Of a DNA stretch of 64,000 bases, positions 53,601 to 64,000 are shown one piece after another; within the stretch, counting starts at the first letter, position 1; every line of letters starts with the position of its first letter. The stretch comes from Mobula hypostoma (Eukaryota): positions 166,596,001 to 166,660,000 of the forward strand of contig NC_086097.1 of assembly GCF_963921235.1 (NCBI RefSeq), in the 5' to 3' direction. The position numbers were made by a program, and so were the translations under genes. The notes below the pieces were generated by a model. That model saw only the letters and a program-made list of their open reading frames with translations, ran no database searches and was not told the origin of the DNA.

Positions 53601-54356
53601 TTCAAGTAAATTCTGAACGTTTTGGTGACTTCTGGTTTCAAGTACTTTTGTGAGTACCACAGGAGCCTTTATCTAGGAGAAGTATGTTTTGAAGCATTAA
53701 TGTAAACCCACTTTGTTTTTTTTATAAGATATTGAAGATACAGAAGACAGATAAGCCTTTGATAAAATAACTCTTCCTGAGAAAGCTCACTGATAAGGTG
53801 ATACTTTTCTATTGCCTGTACAAATAAGTCATGTAAAATAAATTGTTAAATTATTTCCCTCGCTTAAGCTCGTCAGTAAATTCATTCATCAGTGGAGACC
53901 TGTGATGTCCTTAATCTTTGATGATGTCTTCTTTCATTGGCCATTATAGAATCACTCCAGGTCTTCTTCCCCGAAAACTGGGTGGTATTGACATGAAGTT
54001 GTGTCGCTCAAAAATCATAAAGAAAATTCAAAGGATTGATACAGATGATATCTGCAAGGAAGGTTAGCATTTCGGAAGCCCTGATTTTGGCTATCTGAAA
54101 GTGAAAAGAAACTGGATTCAGCTACTATCTGGAATCAACTCCATAACCAGGGCTGAATGGTGGCACAAACACCAGTCTTACACTGTCAGCAGAGGGAGAC
54201 TGTAGGCAGAGAGGACTTGAGAAACGTACAACTGCCTGGGCTCCAGAAGGAAAAGCTCCTATCACCTAACTGTGAATAACTCAGCTTTTCTGTGATATTG
54301 TGCTTTTTTTTTAAAATCTCCAAATTAGAATTTTACATCCAGATCAGTAAGATTGG

Positions 54357-54609
54357 TCACTTCGTCTTTTCGCGTGTCCATTTGATCATAGTTTCTGGTG
54401 ATCTATATAAGAAGATGAGCTTAGCATACAGATCCTCCTCCAGTTCTAACTCTCCAGTCTCTCGAACCAGGAAGATATCTGTGCATAGCTTCAAGATTCG
54501 GTCCACGTTTGGTAGCTCCTCAAACATGATGGAGTGAGAGATCCCACTGAAGAACTCGCGCACAAACTTTCCAATGACTAGCACAACTGATGCATAGAGA
54601 CCCATAATG
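54357..54609 (-). CDS. PIEZO2: PIEZO2 mechanosensitive channel, terminal coding exon (inner helix + C-terminal domain)
   Basis: ttttcag|C then IMGLYASVVLVIGKFVREFFSGISHSIMFEELPNVDRILKLCTDIFLVRETGELELEEDLYAKLIFLYRSPETMIKWTREKTK*; essentially the PIEZO2 C-terminus as I recall it. Confidence 0.92.
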
Positions 54610-55599
54610 CTGAAAAACAATGAAAACCATTAGAATACATCAGGAAATTCAGATTTATTCTTTAAAATTGGGGATGAAAAGTGGAGCTTCCAAGTTTAAG
54701 TTATACATGGCTTCCTAAATCTGCAACATAGTGATGGAGAATGCATGCTCATTATGAGCTATATCCCATAATAATAATCTATGTCTGAAACGAGGTTCTC
54801 TGGTCTAGTTCCATTGTATATGCAAACAGGTATGCAAATATTTCATCAATGCTTTAAACATAATATTGTTCCCCTTCACCTACCCGCAGTGGTAGCCACC
54901 ACAACTTACACTTAGTGAAGACCTGGCATATAACATGCCAAGTTCTTCAACTGATGTGCTGTCACTTGCATCCAATCAAACTGTATTACTGGTGTAGATG
55001 AAGGAATCCAATGTGTTACTGTTAAATTTAGTGGCAGTACACAGAGGTAGAAAAATGAGCTGGGAATTGCTAAGTTTGCTAAGGGATATAGTTGCATTAA
55101 CTGTATAAAATTTAGCTGATGCTGCGTAATGTGAGATTTCCATTTTGATAAAAACACTAGAAAACCAGCAAATTATTTAAATACAGATGGAACATAGTAC
55201 TTTACTGTACCAAACAATCTGGGTGTTATTGTACATAAAACATAGAAGCATGTAGGTGCAGCAAAAGATTACGAAAGCAAATGGAATATTGTCATTTAGT
55301 CCAAGATGGTTTGAGTTTAATAAGTACAGGGTGTCAATGAGATCACATCTGGAGTGCAGTGAACAATAATACTCTCCTTATTTAAAGAGGAATATCCTTG
55401 GGTAGTTCAAAGAAGGTTAACCAGGATGTTTCACATCAAGGAACTGTCTAATGAAAACATATTAAACAAAAAATATTGGACCAATGTTTATGGATGTTTA
55501 GAAGAATGAGAAGTGAACTTTTTGAAAATTTATAATATTCTAAGTAGATTGCCTGACAGTATCTGGCAATAGCAAAATGTACTCTTGTTTCTTCTCTGT

Positions 55600-56085
55600 C
55601 CATCTTACGTACTAATATAATTTCGAACTTGATGAGTTCAAGACCTTTGTCGTGTTCTCTGTGGGAATTCTGGGAGACCTTCAGCCTCCCAGATAACCAC
55701 ATCTATACCAGGTGCACCGATCTTCAGTTCCTCAGGAGGCAGGTGCCTGCGTGACTGTCAGGAGAGGGAAGGGAAATGGGCAGCCAGTGCAGAGTACCCC
55801 TGTGGCCAACTGTTGAGGGGGATAACCTTTCGGAGGGAGCCACAACGACCAGGTCTCTGGCACTGTTGCTCAGAAGCGAAGGGGTTTTCTGTAGTTAAAA
55901 GAGCAGACACAAGATTCTGTGGACATGAGAAAGACACCCAAATGGTGTGTTGCCTCGTAGGTGCCAGGGTCGGGGACCATCGGGTCCATGGCATTCTGAT
56001 GGGGGTGGGTGAGTGGCCAGAAATCTTGGTACATATTGGCACCAGTGACATAGGTAGGAAAAAGGAGAAGGTCCTAAAGAGAGAA
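55600..56085 (+). mobile_element. Degraded CR1 ORF1 fragment
   Basis: MVCCLVGARVGD...PEILVHIGTSDIGRK, SGNH-like motifs as in 56366-56760. Confidence 0.7.
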
Positions 56086-56365
56086 TTGTGCAAAATGTTG
56101 GAGGAACTCAGCCGGTCAGGCAGCATTTATGGAATGCAGTGAACAATCGATGTTTTGGGCTGAGACCCTTCATCAGGACTGGAAAGGAAGGGGGAAGAAG
56201 GCAGACTAAGAAAGTGGGGGAAGAGGAGGAAGAAATACTGGATGGGGGGGCGCTGAAGTGGAGCTGGGAAGTTGATGGGTGAAAGAGATAAAGGGCTGGA
56301 GAAGGGGGAATATGATAGGAGAGGACTGAAGACCATAGAAGAAAGAGGAGAGAGAGGAGCACCAG
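56086..56365 (-). mobile_element. Penelope terminal fragment (resumes ~59768-59935) with a decayed hammerhead at 56145-56180
   Basis: Same terminal sequence as 17661-18060; hammerhead GAAA box mutated to AAAA. Confidence 0.7.
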
Positions 56366-59300
56366 ACATTCGCTTGCATGACATTCTCAAGTGGGAGGGT
56401 GATCAGCCAGATGTCGTGGTGCACATCGGTACCAATGACATAGCAAGGAAGAGTGAAGAGGTCCTGGACAGTGAGTATAGAGAGCTTGGTAGGAAGTTGA
56501 AAAGCAGGACCTCGAGGGTGGTAATCTCAGGATTGCTACCTGTGCCACATGCCAGTAAGGGTAGGAATAGGATGCTCTGGAGGAGGAACAAGTGGCTGAG
56601 GAACTGGTGTAGGGGGCAGGGTTTCAGATTTCAGGATCATTGGGACCTCTTCTGGAGCAGGTGGGACCTGTACAAGAGAGACGGGTTACACTTGAACCAC
56701 AAGGGGACCAATATCCTTTCAGGGAGGTTTGTTAGTGCTATTGGGGAGGCTTTAAACTAGATTTGCAGGGGGATGGGAACCAGAGTGCCAGAGCTGACAG
56801 TGTGGCTGGGGTGAAAATAAATGATGTTGAAAGTTTAAACAAATCCACTGATAGAAAGGTTGTGAGTGGTGGTAAAAATCTTCTGAGGTGTATATATTTC
56901 AATGCTAGGAGTATTGCGGGGAAGGCGGACGAGTTGAGTGCGTGGATTGACACGTGGAATTATGACATTATAGCAATTAGTGAAACTAGGCTACAGGAGG
57001 GACAGGACTGGCAGCTTAATATTCCAGGGTTCCGATGTTTCAGATGTGATCGAGGCAGAGGAATGAAAGGTGGGGGGGTAGCATTGCTTGTCAGGAAAAA
57101 TGTTACAGCAGTGCTCAGGCAGGACAGATTAGAGGGCTTGTCTACTGAGTCCTTACGGGTGGAGCTGAGGAAAAGGAAAGGTATGGCCACGTTAGTGGGG
57201 TTGTATTATAGACCACCCAATAGTCAGCGAGAATTGGAGGAGCAAATCAGCAGAGAGATAGCAGGCAACTGCAGGAAACATAAAGTTGTGGTGGTAGGGG
57301 ATTTTAATTTTCCATATATTGATTGGGACTCCCATACTGTTAGGGGTCTAGATGGTTTAGAGTTTGTAAAATATGTTCAGGAAAGTTTTCTAAATCAATA
57401 TATAGAGGTACCAACTAGGGGGGATGCAATATTGAATCTCCTGTTAGGAAGCGAGTTAGGACAAGTGACAGAAGTGTGTGTAGGGGAACACTTTGGTTCC
57501 AGTGATCGTAACAGCATTAGTTTCAACTTGATCATGGAGAAGGATAGATCTGGTCTTAGGGTTGAGGTTCTGAACTGGAAGAAGGCCAAATTTGAAGAAA
57601 TGAGAAAGGATCTAAAAAGCGTGGATTGGGACAGGTTGCTGTCTGGCAAGGATGTGATCGGTAAGTGGGAAGCCTTCAAAGAAGAAATTTTGAGAGTGCA
57701 GAGCTTGTATGTTCTTGTCAGGATTAAAGGCAAAGTGAATAGGAATAAGGAACCTTGGTTCTCAAGGGATATTGCAACTCTGATAAAGAAGAAGAGAAAG
57801 TTGTATGATATGTATAGGAAACGGAGTAAATAAGGTGCTTGAGTATAAAAAGTGCAAGAAAGTACTTAAGAAATAAATCAGGAGGGCTAAAAGAAGACAT
57901 GAGGTTGCCTTGGCAGTCAAAGTGAAGGATAATCCAAAGAGCATTTACAGGTATATTAAGAGTAAAAGAATTGTAAGGGATAAAATTGGTCCTCTTGAAG
58001 ATCAGAGTGGTCGGCTATGTGCAGAACTAAAAGAAATGGGGGAGATCTTAAATGGGTTTTTTGCGTCTGTATTTACTAAGGAAACTTATGAAGTCTATGG
58101 AATTAAGGGAAACAAGTAGTGAGATCATGGAAACTGTACAGGTCGAAAAGGAGGAGGTGCTTGCTATCTTGAGGCAAATTAAAGTGGATAAATCCTCAGG
58201 ACCTGACAGGGTGTTCCCTCGGACCTTGAAGGAGACAAGTGTTGAAATTGCAGAAGTCCTGGCAGATATATTTTAAATGTCGCTGTCTACGGGTGAGGTG
58301 CCGGAGGATTGGAGAGTGGCTCATGTTGTTCCGTTGTTTAAAAAAGGATCGAAAAGTAATCCGGGAAATTATAGGCCGGTAAATTTGACGTCGGTAGTGG
58401 GTAAGTTATTGGAGGGAGTACTAAGAGACAGAATCTACAAGCATTTGGATAGACAGGGACTCATTAGGGAGAGTCAACATGGCTTTGTGTGTGGTAGGTC
58501 ATGTTTGACCAATCTATTGGAGTTTTTCAAGGAGGTTACCAGGAAAGTGGATGAAGGGAAGGCAGTGGATGTTGTCTACATGGACTTCAGTAAGGCCTTT
58601 GACAAGGTCCCGCATGGGAGGTTAGTTAGGAAAATTCAGTTGCTAGGTGTACATGGAGAGGTGGTAAATTGGATTAGACATTGGCTCAATGGAAGAAGCC
58701 AAAGAGTAGTAGTAGAGAATTGCTTCTCAGAGTGGAGGCCTGTTACTAGTGGCGTGCCACAAGGATCAGTGCTGGATCCATTGTTATTTGTCATCTATAT
58801 CAATGATCTAGATGATAATTGTGGTAAATTGGATCAGCAAATTTGCTGATGATACTAAAATTGGAGGTGTAGTGGACAATGAGGAAGGTTTTCAGAGCCT
58901 GCAGAGGGACTTGGACCAGCTGGAAAAATTGGCTAAAAAATGGCAGATGGAGTTTAATACAGACAAGTGTAAGGTATTGCACTTCAGAAGGACAAACCAA
59001 GGTAGAACATACAGGGTGAATGGTAAGGCACTGAGGAGTGCAGTAGAACAGAGGGATCTGGGAATACAGATACAAAATTCCCTAAGAGTGGCGTCACAGG
59101 TAGATAGGGTCGTAAAGAGAGCTTTCGGTACATTGTCCTTTATTAATCAAAGTATTGAGTATAAGAGCTGGAATGTTATGATGAGGTTGTATAAGGCATT
59201 GGTGAGGCTGAATCTGGAGTATTATGTTCAGTTTTGGTCACCAAATTACAGGAAGGATATTAATAAGGTTGAAAGAGTGCAGAGAAGGTTTATGAGGATG

Positions 59301-59766
59301 TTGCCGGGACTAGAGAAACTCAGTTACAGAGAAGGGTTGAATAGGTTAGGACATTATTCCTTGGAGCGTAGAAGAATGAGGGGAGATTTGATAGAGGTAT
59401 GTAAAATTATGATGGGTATAGATAGAGTGAATGCAAGCAGGCTTTTTCCACTGAGGCAAGGGGAGAAAAAAAAACAGAGGACGTGGATTAAGGGTGAGGG
59501 GGGAAAAATTTAAAGGGAACATTAGGGGGGGCTTCCTCACACAGAGAGTGGTGGGAGTATGGAATGAGCTGCCAGACGAGGTGGTAAATGTGGGTTCTTT
59601 TTTAACATTTAAGAATAAGTTGGACAGATAAATGGATGGGAGGTGTATGGAGGGATATGGTCCGTGTGCATGTCAGTGGGACTACGCAGAAAATGGTTCG
59701 ACACAGCCAAGAAGGGCCAAAAGGCCTATTTCTGTGCTGTAGTTTTTCTATAGTTTTCTATGGTTT
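56366..59766 (+). mobile_element. CR1 LINE with ORF1 C-terminus (SGNH esterase-like) and full-length but disrupted ORF2 (APE + RT), in the last PIEZO2 intron
   Basis: ORF1 VVVHIGTNDI...DGLHLN; ORF2 [42 protein letters not shown]; several stops and frameshifts; tail ttttctatagttttctatggtttc. Confidence 0.93.
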
Positions 59767-60420
59767 CAGAGGGAGGTGATGGGCAGGTAAGGAGAGAAGG
59801 TATGAGAGGGAAGCAGAAATAGTGAGGGAGTGGGGCAATAATAAGAAGTTTGAGAAATCAATCCCTCCCTCTGGTGCTCCTCCCCCTTCCCTTCCCTTCC
59901 ATGGTCTTCTGTCCTCTCCTTTCAGATTGCTTATCTTTTATCAGAATTTATTGCCTCTGCAACGTGGATCTTTGTTTTCACATTAAATCCACCTTACACT
60001 GAAATGGCAAAGAACTTTAAGACCTGTCTTAGAGTTCATTCTGAGTGCAGGGTAATCTTAGAAACATTCATGTGCAATTAAGGCATCCAATATTTTAATT
60101 GGTTCAAAAGCTGTACTGGTGAGATGATCTTGGAAACCTGCAATAATCCAAGTATCAAAGTGGAGGAAAGTGCAAACTTCCTCTATCATTTTATACACCA
60201 GTAGAGTAATAACGATGTGTGTAAGAATTTATGAAAAAAACAATTACAATATTTAAAAGACATTTGGACAGATATATGGAGATAGGAAAGGTTTAGAGGA
60301 ATATATGCCAAATACAGGAAGGCACTTTGGTTGGCATGGACTAATTGGGCCATAGGGCCCGTTTCTGTACTGTATAACTCTAATGTAAAGTAAATCAAAG
60401 AATTGAATTTGTTGTCTTAC

Positions 60421-60613
60421 CCATAGCCAGCCAGGAAGCCAAGACTTGGAGGACTAACTTTATCACTGAATACAATAATTTCTAAACTTTCCTTTTTATC
60501 ATTTTTGAGAAACTTGTTGGTCTGATTAACAATCCACCATTCCTGTATGAGTCCTGTAACATTGCTTTTTTCCTGAACCAGCATTAAATTAAGTTCACAG
60601 TAGTCATCACCAT
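60421..60613 (-). CDS. PIEZO2: PIEZO2 penultimate coding exon (end of cap domain)
   Basis: ccaacag|...GG|gtaaga; 193 bp; ...QEWWIVNQT...SLEIIVFSDKVSPPSLGFLAGYG; split codon GG|C joins the terminal exon in frame. Confidence 0.92.
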
Positions 60614-62692
60614 CTGTTGGAGGAAAGTAAAGCACAGATCATATTGAAAAGGTTACATATTTTAATACATTTTAGTGTATAATGTATTTTAGGATGTCTG
60701 TGTGAAAATAGTAGAAAAAGGGACAAATCAATGATTAGATGATATGCAATTAATCGTATCATTTGGTTGATCTTTCATTGATCCTGTTATAGTTAGTATT
60801 CTATAGATTTGCTGAGTATGCCCAGCAAATGCTCATGGTTGTATGTGGTGATTATATGCACTTTGATCATAAAATTTATTTTGAAACTACCTTTAAAAAG
60901 TCACAGTGAAAAATGAAAGAAGAATCAAGAATGTTAAATCATGCAATGTGCTTGGCTCTGATCTGCCTTCTGAGGTGACTGGTAACCCACTCAGTTATAT
61001 TAAGCATTACAAAGAATTACTATGCAGACTACAGCTATTCAATAAGGTGGTTCAGCTTCACGTTCTCAGCCATGACTAGGGATGGACATTCAATACTAGT
61101 CTTGCTGGTGATATCCACAGCCTGAGAATTAAAAGAATTAAATATAGGAGAAGATGTGAATCTTGATTACAACATGGATATTACAAACAAAAATAGAAGA
61201 ACCATAGAAGAAGAATATGAAAGATGGCACATGTTAAAAAATCATTTATGAAATCTAAATCAGATACCACATAAAAGAAACTTTTTTTGGTTACTGATCA
61301 ATTTGAAAATGTGGAAAGGCTCTAAGGAACTTGATGCTTTTTTTTTTAAAAAAAAAGAGTTAACAAAAGTCATTTTGATGTCAAATTTCAATAGAGCACA
61401 AATGTTGCCCAGGCCTAGCCTCAGAGACATAAGATATAGGAGCAGAATTAGGCCAATTGCCCATCTAGTCTACTCTAACATTTGATCATGGCTTTCAGTA
61501 ATTCACTCAAAGCTGTTCTTCTCACTGGAGTAAAATTGAGTTCATATTTTACAGCATTTTGAAAAATGAGATTATTCCACCAAAATTTATAGAATTTTTA
61601 AAGGGTCTGGAAAGCTAAATGTTGAGAAACTTTCTCACCATTCTAAAAACGTAGAACTGTGGTGTCTGTATTAGTCTCTGCATAAGGAATTAGTCACTTG
61701 TAATATTCTCCACCACTTTCCACATCACCTCTTGCTACAAGAGTTGTGCATGCAGAAATATTTAGTACATCTCAATGAAATGTGCACAATTCCCCCAACG
61801 CTTTGTAGGCTGGTTACGGGGAGGAGCTTTCCCTGACTGAGGTTTGTTAAATTTGTTCCAAAAAGAACCCGATAAATTTCTGGACATCAAGGATCTAATC
61901 CAGGGAAATAAAGGAAAAGATAAGTCATGATCTTGTTGAACATGGAGCAGGTTTGAAGGTTGGGTTGGCCCTATTCCTGCTGCTAGTTCTTATGTTCAAG
62001 ACAGAGTGTTAAAACGCTTGGACTATGAAGTCAAGGGAGTGTATTTGAGGCTGGTAATAAAGTTTGATTATGATCCATATAGCCGAATAGGCTTGAATTG
62101 TCAAATAGCCCCCTTCGCCTTCCATGTCTATTGTTTCTATGTAACTTTATCAATCAGGGCATAGAAGTTGGGAAATTATGTTGGACTCTACAAGACATTG
62201 TTGAGCCCACACCTGGAGTATTATTTTCAATTTAGGTCATCCTGTTACAGGATGGATGTGACTAAACTGGAAAGAGTGCAGAAAAAGATTTGCAAGGATG
62301 TTGCTGGGACTCCAGGACCAAATTATAGGAAGAAGTTAAACAGGTAAGGAATTTACTCCTTAGAGCATAGGAAATTGAGGGGTGAATTCATAGGGGTATA
62401 TAAAGTCACAAAGAGGTGAGTACTCTTATTTCAAGGGTTAGTGAATCCAGAAGACATAGTTTAAAGTTTAGATATGAAAAGTTTAATAACCTGAAGGGCA
62501 ACATTTTAACACAGTGGGTGGGACCAGCTGCTAGAGGAAGTGGTTGAGGCGGGTACAGTATATTAGATACATTTAAGAAATATGTGGACAGGTATATGGA
62601 TAACAAGAATTTAGAGAGATTATTGTCTAAACGTTGGAAAATGGGATTTGCTATAATACAGATTTTAGTCAGCATAGGCACATATGGGCTGA

Positions 62693-62877
62693 TCACAAAC
62701 AAGAGAAAATCTGCAGATGCTGGAAATCTGAGCAACACAAAATGCTAGAGGAACACAGCAGGCCAAGCAGCATATACGGAAAAGAGTACAGTTGAAGTTT
62801 CAGGCCGAAACGTCAACTGTACTCTTCTCCTAGATGCTGCCTGGCCTGCTGAGTTCCTCCAGCATTTTGTGTGTGTT
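62693..62877. mobile_element. Fold-back (inverted) Penelope-terminus element inserted in a CR1 tail (CR1 remnant ~62145-62915)
   Basis: 15-bp TSD GCACATATGGGCTGA at 62678-62692 and 62878-62892; arms 62731-62800 and 62805-62879 are imperfect reverse complements. Confidence 0.78.
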
Positions 62878-64000
62878 GCACATATGGGCTGAAGTGCCTT
62901 TTTGTGTGCTGTATCACTGAATTTCCCAGAATTGGTCGATATACAGAGACAAAGTGTGAGCTTGCTTCTGAAGAACTCAGAAAAGCGGACTATCACCTCC
63001 ATGGAAATAACAGATCAGAACTAATTGCATTTACGTTCCTTCCATAGTTACTCCTTTATTGTTATATATTTATGCACTGTAAAGTTGAAAACATCTTAAA
63101 GAGGTACACTTACGAACATAAAGTTGTTTCACAGGCTTTGTGTCAGAATCGCTGGGAGCTCTGATATAGTTTGGAAATATCTTTGAAATTTTTCTGAAAA
63201 ATAAAACCATTTCATTAAAATATAATTTGTATCAAAACACATGAATGAGTTATTTGTTCATAATAAATCATCAACACGAAGGAGGTTGAAAGGTGTCTTG
63301 ATAGACATGTGTAAGATTATATAGGGCATAGACAAGGGTGGACAGCCAGTGCCTTTTACCAGAGGACATCCTTTTAAGGTGAGTAGACAAAAGCTGAGGG
63401 GAGAAGGCAGAAATGGATTTTTTCAGAGAAAATGGTAAATGACTGGAATGTCCTGCTGGGTGGTGGGAGAGGCTGATACGTTAGGGACATTTAAGAAACT
63501 TAGACACTTGGATGAAAGAAAAGTGGAGAGTTATGGACAACATAGGAGAGAAGAGTTAGATTGGTTATGGAGTAGGTTAAAAGGCTGCTACAACATGAGC
63601 CTCAGAGCTTGTACTGTGCTGTACAGTTCTACGACAATCGTCCATAGCAGAAAAACTTGTTCCCCTCTGCCATTTGATTTCTAATCAGTGCATGAATACT
63701 ACTTTGTTATTCCTCTTTAATTTATTTTTGTAACTTATAGTAATTTTGTGTCCTTACACACTGTACTGCTGCCTTAGTTCAACAAATTTCATGTCATAGA
63801 AGTTAATGTTAACAAATATACTGATCCAGACATAGGTTCCCCAGCAGAGGGTACAATTTACAACTTTCTTATGGCATTTAATTTTCCACTGAAATTAAGG
63901 TGAAATGTCTAAAAAGCGTAAGTGATAGCTTGCACCTTAGAAAATATCATTGTTGGAAGCTTTAATTCGGCAGTCAGAGACATCAAACTGTGGGTTCTAG

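Noticed and set aside
60614..64000. Further upstream PIEZO2 exons
   Set aside because: No recognisable PIEZO cap-domain peptide with splice sites found by eye; the next exon probably lies beyond the window

Overview
Eukaryotic (vertebrate) genomic DNA, about 40% GC by eye, dense in CR1, Rex1-like, Penelope, V-SINE and Tc1 repeats; this repeat landscape suggests a cartilaginous fish, probably a ray (inference). Two host genes lie tail-to-tail. On + is a complete 12-exon NPEPL1-like M17 aminopeptidase gene (ATG 1180 to stop 50284, 534 aa, all GT-AG introns, CpG-rich promoter with NRF1 palindromes). On - are the last two coding exons of PIEZO2 (or a close paralog). The NPEPL1-like protein keeps all metal ligands and the catalytic Lys but has Ser in place of the conserved Arg of the NTDAEGR motif and SAG in place of the LTG motif. 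With its position next to PIEZO2, this makes it a candidate divergent ohnolog or pseudo-enzyme. Intron 4 holds a decayed endogenous retrovirus with both LTRs (19024-27652; PBS, PPT, 4-bp TSD, integrase and env remnants) plus nested LINEs. Other notable items: Penelope fragments carrying minimal hammerhead ribozymes and 14-15 bp TSDs, a Tc1 element with a matching 66-bp MITE, a solo LTR, and an 8 x 69-bp minisatellite built from CR1 RT sequence. Comparisons to human proteins are from memory and need confirming by alignment.
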